A stretch of DNA of 64,000 bases from Amoebophrya sp. A120 (Eukaryota; Protista; Dinoflagellata): the NCBI GenBank assembly GCA_905178155.1, contig CAJINV010000001.1, positions 8,569,642-8,633,641 of the forward strand, in the 5' to 3' direction. This document shows positions 22,501-34,200 of this stretch, piece after piece. Under the pieces are notes generated by a model. That model was not told the DNA's origin, ran no database searches, and was given only the letters and a program-made list of their open reading frames with translations. Position 1 is the stretch's first letter. Each line of letters begins with the position of its first letter. The position numbers and the translations under genes were made by a program.

Positions 22501-25500
22501 GGTCTGCATCCGGCTTGCACGGGACCGCTACACCAAGCACATCAAGCAGCGGGCAGGCATAAGGCAGGGCAGTTCGCTGTCCCCGCTTGTGTTTGCCATC
22601 GTTCTTGATTTCGCAATCACGCAGTTTGCTGGGGTGATGGAAAGCGAAAAACGGTGGTCCAGCGCGCAGGCCAGAGGGTTCGCCATGGGGCTGCTTGGGT
22701 TTGTAGACGACCTGGTGGTGAAGACCGGCACCGAGGAAGACGCAAAGTTTGCAGTCCGGGAACTGGCAGGGGCTTGCCGGTTCGTCGGGCTGGAGCTTAA
22801 CGCGGACAAGGGAAAAACCGAGGTGATGGTTGTCAACCAGCCCAGCAGGGACAGAAAAAACGAACACGCGATGACAGAGCGATGCGTCATACCAGAGGAA
22901 GAGGGGGTCGCAACCACCGAGGGCACACTAGTAGAGTGGGACGGGGTGGACTTGCGCAAAGAGTTTAGAGACGCAGCGGCGCAGGTGTGCACCAGGCGCA
23001 TGGGGGACCTGAGCCCAACCCATTTGTTGATATGGGATGACGGCCACTACAATGTGGTAAAGATGAAGGCCTCCGGTTGGGTGATCCTGGACAACGGGAA
23101 GGCCATGCGGCTTACCCGCCTGGGGCGCCGCGAGTACATCCTCGAGAAGCACAACGAACACCGGTGCCCGCGGTGTGGGGATGTGTTGGAGGATGCAAAG
23201 GCGCTGAGGTATCACATCGCGACCGGGTTCTGCAGGAAGGACAAAACGATCCACGAGCAGAGAACCCTCAGGGTGGCGCGGGTGGTCGAGCAAAAGAAAA
23301 AAGCCGAAAAGGAGGCCCCGGGGGTAGAGCCGGTCGACATCTGGCACGACGGTAAACAGATCGCAGCGGTGGCGCGCTTCGTATACCTAGGAACAGAAAT
23401 CGACCGGAACGCAACTACTTCGTCGGAAACCCGGCGGCGTTGTGCCATGGCGCTTAGCGTGGTGCGGTCGCTGTGGAAAATCTGGCGGGACAGGGACATC
23501 CCGAAACACCTGAAGGCCGCGCTGTATCGCTCGCTCTGTATCAGCGTGGCCCTCTACAACGCCGAAACCTGGGCAACCACGGAAGCGGACGAACAGACGC
23601 TGCGAAACTTCCAAAGGCAGGCGCTCAGGTACATCCTCGGCCTGTGGGAGTGGCAGGACGCGCCGCCACGGGCTGAGATGTGTAAGGCGCTGGGGGTGCA
23701 GACCATAGAGACGGAGCTTCGCGAAAAACGAATAGCCTGGATGGCTCACGCCGCAAGAGATCCACACGGGGAAGGGTCTATTACCCGCATCGAGAACGAG
23801 ATACGCGAAAAGACGCGATGGGGAAATCTTGCAGCTGCCGATCTCGACCACTACCGGGTCGAGCTCGGCGACCTGAAGGCGCAAAAACCAACAGGGGCGG
23901 TAGTCCGAGAAATGCTGGCGAAGCGTCGGCCGTATGCTACGGCCCGACGGGAAACGAAAAAGACAGGGCCAGCGCCGGGGCAGCCGTCCAAAAAGGCCAA
24001 GGAAATGCAGGACGAAAGGCGCCAGCGGCTAGCAAAGCAGCGGGAAGAGCAAGCGCAAGCAGCACAGGCCGTCGTAGATGCCTTGTCGGGGAAAAAATGG
24101 AGGCCATCAGATGCCCGGGCAGGTTTTTGGGAACTGGAAGATGACCCGCAGTGGGTTTTTGAGGTGAGCGAGGTCTTCTTCTGTGAAAATACGGGCAGGG
24201 AAGAGGTCAGTGTAGCGGGCATCTGGTTCCAGAAGGAAGATGATGGGACCTACATCCTGCGATAGGAACCCGATCCCGAGTGAAGGAAACAAAGACGATA
24301 GAAATGCACGCACGTCCACGATCCAAGCGACGACTTCAGCCTACAAGAACTACTTTAACTGAAACAGGACAATGCGTTTGAACTGAACTGAACTGAACTT
24401 ATGCGCAGACAGCCGAAGACTTATTTTATTTGCTCGAGGCCTGCGCCCCTCGATCTGCTTTTTACTCTTAATCTATATGCTGGCACCCCGGCCTGCACTC
24501 CGGTATCCAGCTCCAACGACATTTTACCCGGCTGCTGTTATCTCCGCGTCAATCTACTTTACGGGCCTGCTCTCCCGCTTTTCATTTACCCTCTAGCCCC
24601 TGGTGGTTCACCAGATTCGGGCCGGGACTTCTTTACCTAGCGCTGCCGCGACGCACACCGACATGGACGCGTAGTACCTTAATCCTGTCGCACATATCTG
24701 CTTCACCTGTTTCAACCCTACGGGGGGGAGGCCTGCATTCCTCCTTACTAGACACCCTTGTTCCCTACTTCTCGTTTCCGCCGGTCGCGCATGTGCGATG
24801 TTGCCCGCTCGGAGTTTTCTGTTTTCCATGCGACTCCGCAGCTGTGTATAAACCTTTTGGTCATGACATGGTCAGATTTTGCGCATGACTGGGCACACTC
24901 ACATCCGAGATCGCTGGGGCGGGTGGGGGGTCCGAGCCAAAAAAAAAAGGTCTTTGTGGCGTTTTGGTAGTTTAGGTGCAAAATATGCATGACAAACCTG
25001 GTAACCTTCCAGACCCAGACATTTTTACATTTGATAAGGCGCGGCCGGTCCCCCGGGTGGAGTTCGACGAGATCGACATGAGCCCCGTCCTGTTTGTATC
25101 CTGAGTAAAAACGTACCCACACCAGAGTTGTAATGCAGATTTGCAAAGACAGGAAGACTTGTAATGCGCATCCCCATGAGAGCCATTTCCAGTCGTGTTT
25201 TGGAATTTGTGATGCTGTGAACAGGATGAGCAGCTGGATTTGTGATGCGGCTGCACTTGCTAACCTGCACTACACTGCAGAGCTCAACTTGTCATGCGTG
25301 GCTCACAAAACTCCTAGGTTTGTGTTGCAAAATCCTCATCCTAACTCTGGTGTGGGTACGTTTTTACTCAGGATAGTTTGCGAGGGACATGCGGTCCGCA
25401 CTGTCCTTCAACCTGCTGCTCGCCGCCCACAACCTGATCGAGCAGCAGGTGGCCGCGTTCGTAGCGCAGCGGCTGGACAACGCTGCGGTGGAGGAACCGA

Positions 25501-25760
25501 ACCCCATGAACGACCACAGCAGCAGCCACTGGGGGACGGGATTCGTGCTGAAGATGAAAGATGTCGACGGTTCGGACAACGGTTGCACGGGGGGCAGTAG
25601 TACCAGCCGCGCGATGATGCAGACGCCGTGCGATCCTTACGCCGACTCCTCGAGCGGCAGCCACTACTACTTGTCCAGGCTGCACTGCCCCTTGCCCTGT
25701 TGCGGAAGCCGTCGGGGTCCGCAACTGGAGCCGCTGCCGATTGCGACTATCAAGGTGTGA
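16584..25760 (+). CDS. Putative secreted hypothetical protein, split by three introners (one carrying a LINE) and one ordinary intron
   Basis: Signal-peptide-like N-terminus (MCRSFISLSLLLRHTSGA). Frame is continuous after removing each element plus one TSD: VYDEKQAEKFLG (17078-17339), WFDPQARPVPRVEFDEIDMSPVL (18326-25036), VLFARDMRSALSFNLL (25097-25375). A further intron lies at ~17633-17828; 3' end may extend beyond 25760. Confidence 0.75.
17078..17339 (+). mobile_element. Introner family A copy 1 (262 bp, TSD AAGCA)
   Basis: 32-bp TIR TATCAAATGTAAAAATGTCTGGGTCTGGAAGA and its reverse complement at the right end; AAGCA at 17073-17077 and 17340-17344; removal restores the ORF. Confidence 0.95.
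20270..24265 (+). CDS. Non-LTR retrotransposon ORF: APE endonuclease + reverse transcriptase (RTE-like) with an internal C2HC zinc finger
   Basis: APE motifs IGTLNV, DVVATQE, YAPT, MGDWNA, YDRIL, SDH; RT motifs LHKKGD..NYRPIAL, DFLKAFDS, GIRQGSSLSP, FVDD, GLELN..KTE, FVYLG; uninterrupted 1331-aa frame (likely ATG at 20353). Confidence 0.95.
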   Translation: MCSTKISEDPPRDQSEPILTIRRSEVPKMFTAPTPCPPAEAPAAGRNLAAGGSDAGTEEPSRVRRRVQAVHKLRIGTLNVLTLGERGDSGIKSVEAECLLRDARARNLDVVATQESRVTEWINGEKYAECVLYGGGAWKNAVGAAVGGLLFLIRANLEVVDYDAEQWGRRGRLSLRTPQGQRIHIHGCYAPTDVADAGAKDDFWNRVEQKVSAHGNRDIVIAMGDWNAEMAGGPQRELIAAGLPYTVGPCGLTSDFARESDNSARLQALASSAELVDISSLFQKPWSRRYTFEGSWAGRSRRKREYDRILISWRHRGFVRGFQVHGNTYTHSDHRLVVAELCLSVAKKPRKPGGVSSWIRTKQAAEDTSKELEKIFDVGVVTEGIESGARSTDEWWVEFEEALAATIDKLSKKAEVKRGPRKPWITEKTWAKIEERRKAMEKGGRDAKKRVSRLGRAVRACVKEDKLAWVKDKLEELRKADNSGNSRAVFEVVRQLAGKARKPMQELPGPPEMWTAFWGKIFGEPRPEPAEEAKSTLSYRKCEEALLKEDRPQWCGNWEVAPTDSEIDEALRGLKAGKAFAGVAPAELIRDCALARAVVASLVRRVFRGEEVPEAWGQAVLTMLHKKGDKSQAKNYRPIALLTFGEKLLGLIILKRIETEAAATIDKRQKGCTRGLSCRHGVFQILRDMEKCKREGRRAYLGFADFLKAFDSLSWAVMYKVLRRQGLPEYIGQVVRSMYDGRATVCIRLARDRYTKHIKQRAGIRQGSSLSPLVFAIVLDFAITQFAGVMESEKRWSSAQARGFAMGLLGFVDDLVVKTGTEEDAKFAVRELAGACRFVGLELNADKGKTEVMVVNQPSRDRKNEHAMTERCVIPEEEGVATTEGTLVEWDGVDLRKEFRDAAAQVCTRRMGDLSPTHLLIWDDGHYNVVKMKASGWVILDNGKAMRLTRLGRREYILEKHNEHRCPRCGDVLEDAKALRYHIATGFCRKDKTIHEQRTLRVARVVEQKKKAEKEAPGVEPVDIWHDGKQIAAVARFVYLGTEIDRNATTSSETRRRCAMALSVVRSLWKIWRDRDIPKHLKAALYRSLCISVALYNAETWATTEADEQTLRNFQRQALRYILGLWEWQDAPPRAEMCKALGVQTIETELREKRIAWMAHAARDPHGEGSITRIENEIREKTRWGNLAAADLDHYRVELGDLKAQKPTGAVVREMLAKRRPYATARRETKKTGPAPGQPSKKAKEMQDERRQRLAKQREEQAQAAQAVVDALSGKKWRPSDARAGFWELEDDPQWVFEVSEVFFCENTGREEVSVAGIWFQKEDDGTYILR
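24380..24399 (+). repeat. (GAACT)4 short tandem repeat, candidate LINE 3' tail
   Basis: Lies about 115 bp downstream of the RT ORF stop; RTE/L2-type elements often end in short tandem repeats. Confidence 0.6.
25097..25375 (+). mobile_element. Introner family B copy 1 (279 bp, TSD GTTTG)
   Basis: Perfect 33-bp TIR TATCCTGAGTAAAAACGTACCCACACCAGAGTT; GTTTG at 25092-25096 and 25376-25380; removal restores the ORF. Confidence 0.95.
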
Positions 25761-28279
25761 AGACGGGCCGAGTTGCTCCAGTGTTGTACTCCTCAACCAG
25801 AACCAGGCAGCAGCGAAAAATTTTGACCGATGGATCAGTTTTGTCGTATACTAAAGATGAAATACAGTGAATACAGTAGAATTATTCCGTAGTACTACGA
25901 AAACATCGTATTTGTCGACGTTTCACTAAATGAAAAGCCGTCAACATCTCGTAGAGTTTAGATCGAAGTTTGCATATGACTGTGTTTTCGACCGAGCAGC
26001 CGCTTCAGTCGTAGTACGAAAACAGAGTCGATATTCCCTTGCTGTGAATAACAACGAATCCCATTTGACATCCATAGAAAAGTCACGATGTGCCTCTTCT
26101 GCGAAACGATTATGTGCCGAACCAACCATCTACACCTACTTTAGAATAAGAAGATTGACAGCGAAATGTCAACTCAGTAGAGATCGTTCGACGCATGCGT
26201 TGTTCCTGTGTTTCGCATTGACCTGGAGTGCGATGTAAGCTAACGTCACTAAGGACCAAACAGTGCACATGCAACGAAGTGGGAGAGACTGAGAGAAAAA
26301 GAGTGACTCATTAACATGAGATGCACTGTGCAACACAGAAGTACGTAGGCAGCCTCGCCTGCTATCATAAACTAACGTTTTCACCGTTGCATGCAAAATA
26401 AGATAATCAAACAAAAACTCTGGACAGTGTGTAAAAGTGAGCCCAAGTCGATCCCTTTTTTATCTTCCGGTGCAAGATACCCATTGCCATTTATCCATAG
26501 TGGCTATGCGATCTTAAGCAGCTTTTTTTCAAAGCCTACTTTTTGTTTTTTCGGTGTGAAAAAAAATCTCTTGCATGTGATAGATTGTGTGCAGTTTTGT
26601 TCTTATGCGTAAACTCGGATGGTGACCTGCAGTAGCCTCGCTATTGACTTTTGAACGTTTGATGATTTGTGAACATTTTGGAGAACGAGAATTGATTCAC
26701 TGGAGCATTTCGTTTCTTTTGCGTCAGCAGGTTAACATTCATATGTGAAAGCAGCGACTACCAAGAAGTAAAAAGATGCACGTGTTGGTCGAGTTTAACG
26801 TTTTCTGGTCGTTAGTCGGCATGCTTCGGATGTACCGAGAAGATTCTTTTCGTAACGACCGTTGGTCCTACGCCCGCGAGTCGGGGGTGCATATCATCGA
26901 GGGCTCCCAGGTGGAGGAAGAGGATCTTCGCTTGTGGTCCGGGATGTCCGGGGTTTCATCGCCCAGTGGGACGCAGACACTATTGTGTGCAGCGTGACAA
27001 CGACCGATACAGTGGCAGACGAAAGGGCTACATGCAAACGCGACGGAAACGTCCAGGGAACAGGTCTAGTATGGCCTGGGCGAGTGTGGCACGCGCAGAG
27101 GCGGCTGCGACCAACTCTGGGGTGTCAACATCATAAGTAGATGATAGTGCAGTTATCCCACTCGATATTTGAATGTAATACTTTTACTTCAGCGATCTAC
27201 ATCTACTTCAGTGTCAGTGAAGATAGTCACAGTGTCATCGACATGTTCGTAAAAATGTTGCTCACTTCTAAACAAACATTTTCTTGGGTACTCCTGTTTT
27301 GACATTTGGACATTTTAGCCATCGAGAAAAACTCTGAACACGTGCCATCGTTTTGAATGACCAGAGCTCTAGTTTTGTGAATCAAAAATTCTGCACCCCG
27401 GGAGCAGGAGTCAATGACGCTGCGGCCATGGCGGTTTCATGCAGATTCACGTCGTGCTAATGATTGTCGTGCTCATCATATTTGCCGTAGGTTGCGATCG
27501 GAGACGAAAGAGTGAGAAGGGAGGAAGTGGTGCTAGACGAGAGGTTTTTATTCGAGAGAGTGCTAGAGAAGTTTTTATTCGAGAGGGAGGTGGAAGCTAC
27601 TGCTACATGCAACAAAAGTCATGCAACAGAGCGGAGTGGACGAGAGATTTCTTCGATTTCGAGATAGTGTTGCAAATTGAACACGTACTCACTTTGAGTG
27701 CGCACGATGTTTTTTCGTCAAATCGAGATTGGTTTTTCCTCGATGGAGTCGGCGTTGTCGCTGGATTCCTTGAGTTTTCGTATGGCTGATCAACCTTGTG
27801 GCCGGCGTCTTTGGTCTACAACCGTTTCATCAGACAGAAATAAAATCGGAGCAGGCGGTCCTAGTACCGAATTTCCCTTTCGAATTCATCACCCTTGCAT
27901 GAGCATGTTCCTCCCGCCTCCCTCTACTTTCACCACTAAATTTGTTTCGAATTCTTGTGCTCTGCCCTAGTTCACGGATCTTTGTTTGGCATTTTTTTGT
28001 AAGGCCGCAAGACGGCGGCAAGCGAATTTCGACTTCCTTGCACAACTTGAACTGATTTTACCGTCTTTTCGGCACCTCCTTCAAAGCGGAGGCACTACTT
28101 GCTTCTTCTTACCCATTGTACATACGTTTGCGTTCTTTACGACGTCCGCTGTCGGACAGACGTGACTGGGCGTCTTGGCGACAAGTTATAACATTTCTCG
28201 CACAACGAACTGCGAATCCGACCAAGAAACGAGTTGAACCGCCGCGTAGCGATACACCCGGACCACGGAACACGCTTAG

Positions 28280-31200
28280 TCCCGGCTGGACCATGCGATG
28301 AGCAACCATGGAGGCGCGGTCTGGGAGTACAATCCCGTCTGGGCGCCCGACGTGGACCCGGATGCACTGAGGCGGGCCTTCGAGTTTGTGGGGCCGGGAG
28401 AATGTCTGAATCAGGCGGGGGAGTCCCTGACCACCCGCAAGGAACTCTACCACTACGCAAAAACTGCTTCCTACAAGGACTGCATTCAAGCCACGCTAGA
28501 CGAAGAATGGGCAACTGGTAGCATCGCCTTTCGTGTTTTTGTCGTTTTTATTGGGCGTGTTTTATTGTTCCAACTCATTGATAAAATAAAAATTGCAGGT
28601 GCGGTAGCTTCTCTTCTAGCTTCGAAATAAATCACAACAAAAACAACAGGTTTCGCGTACAACAAAGTGCGGCAGATGTGCCGGGTGTACGGGTGGGTAT
28701 ACAAGAAGATCACGGTCCCGCCCTGGACCGCGTTCTCCATGGACAGTGCATCGGCCATCGAGCTCGCGGACAAGAATCCCTCGATCGACTGCTGGCGAAA
28801 ACGGGGCGCGGTAACCTGCGGGTACCCCCTGGGCAGTAACCTGGATCCCAGTCGCCCATGCTGGGAGGGCTCCAGGATCGCCGCGGGAGCGCGCTGCACC
28901 GTCAAATGCCAGAGCGGGTATCTGCCCTGGCCGAAGATAACCACCTGCCGGAAGGAGGGCTACCTCGAGCGCGCCGGGTGCTGGACCATTGCAAACAACA
29001 AGCTGCAGATTGATGTACTTGTTTTCGTGTTTTTTGTAAATACAGTGCGCTGCAGCACTAGCTTTTGTCCACAGATATTTTTACTAGGTCACTCGTCCTC
29101 AGTTGGTTCAATGTGTAGTGTGTGGCTTTTCTTGTTTTCCGTCTGGTTGGTCGTACTACATGGTTGGTGCAGAAAAACCACGGGATGCAAATGGTGCAAC
29201 TAGAAAAGCACAAGTGATTATTACTCTCAGGTGGACCAAAACTCCATGTTTGTGCAAGAGCAGCAGGCCATTCCAGAGCAGTACCAGCTCGACACACGCG
29301 GGAACCCGGATTCGTGGTGGTATTTTTTACATTTGCAAGTGCATCTCGCTTCTACTCTTTGTACCTCGTCTGGCTGAGCAACCTACCGTCAACATGTGAC
29401 AACTCGAGAAATTGTGCTTGCTCACGTCGCATTCGCCGTGCTCGAAAAGGATCCAACATTGTATCAATTTCAGGTATTCCTTCATGGATCCGAATTGGAC
29501 GACCGAGCTCCGTGATATGGACGTGCTGCTGGCCCGTATGCGGCTGAAGTACAAGGTTTCCGAGTTCGACCCGGCGATTAACTATCAAATGCAAAAATGT
29601 CTGGGTCTGGAAGAATCCGAACTTGTGATGCTGCATTTGGATTCCAAAAAAAATCTGTATTGCATGACCAGCACAGGGAAGGCAATTTTGGCTACGCGGA
29701 GAGGGCATTGGCCATGCGGAATAGGCATCGCGAAGCCCTCGAAATAAAGTCTGTGATGCTACGGCATGCATTACAGACATCATGGCCCATGCTAAACGTG
29801 CATGACAAGTTTCAGAATCTTCCAGACCCAGACATTTTTGCATTTGATATTAACGTACCCGCAGCGGATGCCTACGACCGCGAGATCATGCTTCAGAGCC
29901 GTCGAATCGGCGTCCACGAGCCGCTCATCGTGCGCGACAGCATTATGACGCAATTGGACTTGCCAAAGCAGGCCGTTCGGATCACGGGCATCGAGTGGGT
30001 GCGGAACTCTGAACTGCGGCGCGAGCTGCAGGAGATAACAGACGGCGAGGATGGGGCGATTGCAGAAGACGCGCACGACGGTGTCAGAGATTCCCCGATC
30101 GATGAGCAGCTGTCGAGAGCGTCAGAGCTGGAGGTGCTGCACGAAAAGCCAACCGGTCGCGCGCTGATAGAAGAACCAAAAATGGTTGCGAGTTTTGTAG
30201 AACAAGAGCCGACATCACAACCTCTACGATCCGGAGAAGTGACCACGAGTAGGCGCAACCGCGAAGGAGCGAGTCGTCATTCCGCCGCGGAGCAGCACGG
30301 AAAGTCCACGAAAGGAAAGAGGACCACCTCCGCCCATACAACCGAACCAGAGGCCGCATCATCTGCATCTTCAGCTAGGCGCGGCGGTGTTGCTCATTTG
30401 GACGCGTCGTTGCATATGCAGAAGCTTGGGTCGCCCCGCAGTGACGGTGTGGTGTCGCTCGGGCGAGGGTACGAGCAGAGTGCGTCGAGTAGCAGCAGCT
30501 CGTGGCAAGTAGGCAGGCGGAAACTAGATGGTGTGGAGGTGGACGGACACAAATCTTTCGCACGAGGACCTCGCGCATCTGCGTCCTCCTTTTCCCAAAC
30601 GAGCAGTAAAAATGCAGCGACGTCCTCATCGTCATCGTCCGGAAAGAATTCAAGACAGAATCCCTGGAAGGATTTTTCGTATCCAGACAAGTCCCGCACC
30701 TACTACACAAGCACGGCGAAAAAGAAAAAGGAAAAGCACGACGTTCGCACCTCGCCGGCGAGGAAAAGACGGAACAGCGATCCTGTTCGCGAACGACTGC
30801 GCAAACTCGTCCAGCGGCGCGCGCGTAGGAGGTTAGAGGAGCCAGAAAATTATGCGTCTGAACCAAAAGCAGGATCGAAAGAAAGCAGTGCCAGCAACAA
30901 TAAACATGTTGGAAAAGTAGAACAAAGCTCGAAGCAGGAACGCGAGACTGGTGGGCGCCAGAGAGTACGCGTGCCGCCCGACAGAGAATTGCGAAGCGGA
31001 AAAGTAGGCACCAAAACCGGCAATGAAGAACTAGTTCTGCCGGAGGTGCGCAATACGATACCGAACTCGGCCCGGCAGCCATTTTCTCCGCGAGAGCAGG
31101 TGAAGAAGACGTCCAAGCATTCGAAACCACTCCCGATGAAGAATGATGCAAGCCACGAGGACATCGAGCTGATGAGGCAGTTGCTGGAAAGCAAAGAAAG

Positions 31201-34200
31201 CCACGACCAGAAGGATGAAGGCGCGCGAGAGCGGTTGCAAATCGCACGAGAGCAGGATGAATTCGAGAGACTGAATCGGGAAATCGCAGAAAGCCGGCGG
31301 CTCCACGAAATTGAAGAGCCGGATACGCCATCGCTGTCGAGAGGACACGGTCTCGCGCGAGGATGCAACGAGCAAGACATCACTCTGAGTGCCCTGAGCG
31401 GGGGCAAGTGCGCTAGCGAGGAGACAGAGCAAGCATTTTCCCGTTCGTTGCTGGTCGAGAACGGGGTCGAGTTCCTGCTTGAAGACTTCTACGTGGAAAT
31501 TTTGCCGCCGTCCAACCTCCAGTCCAACCAAACGCGGCTCCGGGAGTTCCAGACCGCCCTGCAAACGCGCCTGACCAACGGGCTGCCGCGCGTGACGAAC
31601 ACCATTCTGGAGAACGTCCTGCACCGGCGCAAGACGCTGAAGTCCACGACGCTGAGTCTGGAGGAGTTTTACGGACAGAACTCGCAGCACATCCCCATGC
31701 GCATCTACTACCAACTCGAGGGGAAGTCGCCCGGGTCGCAGTCGGACCACCCGCACCACACCGAGGACCACTTCACAGACGACAGCCTGCTGAAGGCCGA
31801 TTACAGCCACGCGGCGGACGACTTGTCCATTTCGTTTCCGAAGCCCTTCATGCAGGAGTTTTGCCAGGAGAAACTGTCCTTCAACGGCTACCGTGGCTGC
31901 CAGTCCTTCACGCTCGGGGGGTCGCAGTGCCAGTCCTGGGATCGCCAGTGGCCGCGGGCGCACACGTTCTCTCCTGTGTACGACCCGCTCGGGGATCCCT
32001 TCAACAGCAACCCATCCCGCAAAAGCGCCAACCTCTACTCCATCATGCTCCGCAACAACTTTTGCGCAAACCCCGATGGCCGCGAACCCGGGTCGTCGTC
32101 AAAAGTGCTCTACACGAGTGAGGCGATCTGGTACTACTTATTGCGAGAGCTGTGCTTTTTTTGTTTTGTTGACAATGTAAGCATGACACAGACGCTCTTC
32201 ACACCGACTGGCGCACTGTGCTTCCTTCTTGTTAAAAATTTGTGAGTACTACTGAACAACAGTATAAAACAGAGAGTTGCATCACGAGTGGTCGGTTGAC
32301 TGTGGTTCGTGGAGCTGCTGTGAACAAGCGAGTGTCAATATGTTGGATTCTCAAATAAAATTTACGTGCCTTGAAATCCAAACAGGTGCTACACAAACGA
32401 TCAGAACGGTCCGGAATGGGACTACTGCGAGCCGAAGACGCGGAATCCGCCGATCCGCTGCCACAAGAGCGACCCCTTCTTCCTCATGGTCGGGGGTCGG
32501 CGGTTCACAGGCTACATGCACAACTCACTGTCCTACCTCGCACCGTCGCAGTACGAGACCACCGTGCTGATGCGCAACGGCATCGTTCCCTTTCGCGTCG
32601 GCGAAGCCACACTGAACCTGACGCTGTGGAAAGACAACTACGCAAGTGAGAACCTCAACAGAAGCTGTGCGAGGTACAAGCGTACTCTAGAGTGTCACTG
32701 TTTATTTGCGGAGCTGCTGCCCGGGGCTCGGAATCAATTTATTACAGTGTATAAGAAATAGAAAACAAAAAAAATTATAGAGCAATTTTACGTAGCAGTA
32801 GCTAGTACCTCTTATGCCAAAGGTTCGAGGAAAAAAATCCGTTGATAATATTCTACTCAAACTCACAGTTGGGACAGCGACTATAACGGGAGCTTCGACA
32901 TTTTCTGTGTCGACACGGTATCAGACTTGCAGCGGAACGAGGACGTGAAGGCACTCTCTTACGAGATACGCAACGCCACCGACGAGAACAAACGGATACG
33001 ATCGCGCATCTATATTCGGCCACACTGTAAGAAAGTAGTTCTACTTCAACCTACTTACCGACTTTTCAAAGTAACATACAGCATGACCAAGAATGACGAA
33101 ACCAGCGGCATAAGTAAACGAGAATGAGCGCTAGCACTCCTGCTCTTTAGATCGACTTTTAGCGGATTGATACTACAAATACAGGTACCGACCGGTTGTT
33201 TCACCCGACCAAGAACCACCTGCCCTGGATGTCGGGCGTGCGCTACACGTTCCATTTCCGCTTCGAAAGCGATCCCGTCGACCTGCCCACGAACGTCACG
33301 GACAACCGGCGTTTCGGGTTGTCGGAACACCTGACGGGTCAGTGTCGCGAGGAGTGCATGAAGCTGGGCTACTTCAAGTGCGGCGCGTTTGTCACGAAGC
33401 AGTGGCAGGACGGGCTGAACTTCACCGACCCGGAACAGGGGCTCTACAACTGCTACATCTTCCACCCAGAGGACCTCACGAAGGGCTTAGTGTCCATCGG
33501 TGCGGGCACCGATAACAAAAACGACGTCACGACGTGGATGGTAAAGATGTTCGGCGTTTTCTTTAGTTTTACGTATGTGACTTCTGTTCTTTCTTGTGCC
33601 TGTTTGGATGATGGATCTAGAGGCATCCGAGGGCACGCCTATGTATGAGGGAACATGCATCTCTTCAACTGTTGCACTAAACTAAGTAGCACGATGAACT
33701 GAGGACAATGAAAAGAAAAACTTCACACAGACCAAGAACGAGACCGTGTACAGGAGTGCCCGGTGGAACTATACCGAGGCCCCTCCCATCCACCAAAAGC
33801 CAGCGACCGACGACGGAGCGACGTTTTTTGAAAGCATGAAGATCGTGCTGGTCGGTCTGGGGTTCGTACTCGCGGCAGCGGTGATCTACTGGTGCGTGAA
33901 GCGGTATATCCTGAAGAATATGGAGCTTCGCCGTCGGGCCGCGGAAGGGAAGCTGGGCCTGAAGGACGGACTGGGCCTCGGCGGCGCAGGCACCGCGGGA
34001 AGCAACGGTACTCGTTTTTGCAGTGTATGGTCTTTTCTGTGTACAACGAACTTGAGAAAAGTTGTCAGCTGAAATTTTCTTTTTACAACTTCGCGGTGGT
34101 TGTGGTATCATTTGATTTGATTTTGCCCGAATTCTTGTGTGACAACACAACTTTCGACCCAAACTGTCCAGTTCCAACGCTTTCTGTGATGGCTCCGGTG

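Larger units (their letters stand above)
18545..24976 (+). mobile_element. 6432-bp insertion inside introner A2, containing a non-LTR retrotransposon and flanked by a 17-bp direct repeat
   Basis: TGCAAAATATGCATGAC at 18528-18544 and 24977-24993; the homologous site is single-copy in the other family A elements. Confidence 0.85.
18326..25036 (+). mobile_element. Introner family A copy 2, expanded to 6711 bp by an internal insertion (TSD AGGCG)
   Basis: Left TIR starts at 18326 and right TIR ends at 25036; AGGCG at 18321-18325 and 25037-25041; 18326-18544 plus 24994-25036 gives 262 bp, the same length as copy 1. Confidence 0.93.

Noticed and set aside
27530-27590. Two imperfect copies of a ~29-bp repeat (TGCTAGA..GTTTTTATTCGAGAG)
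   Set aside because: Simple local duplication with no spacers; not CRISPR-like, and the context is eukaryotic
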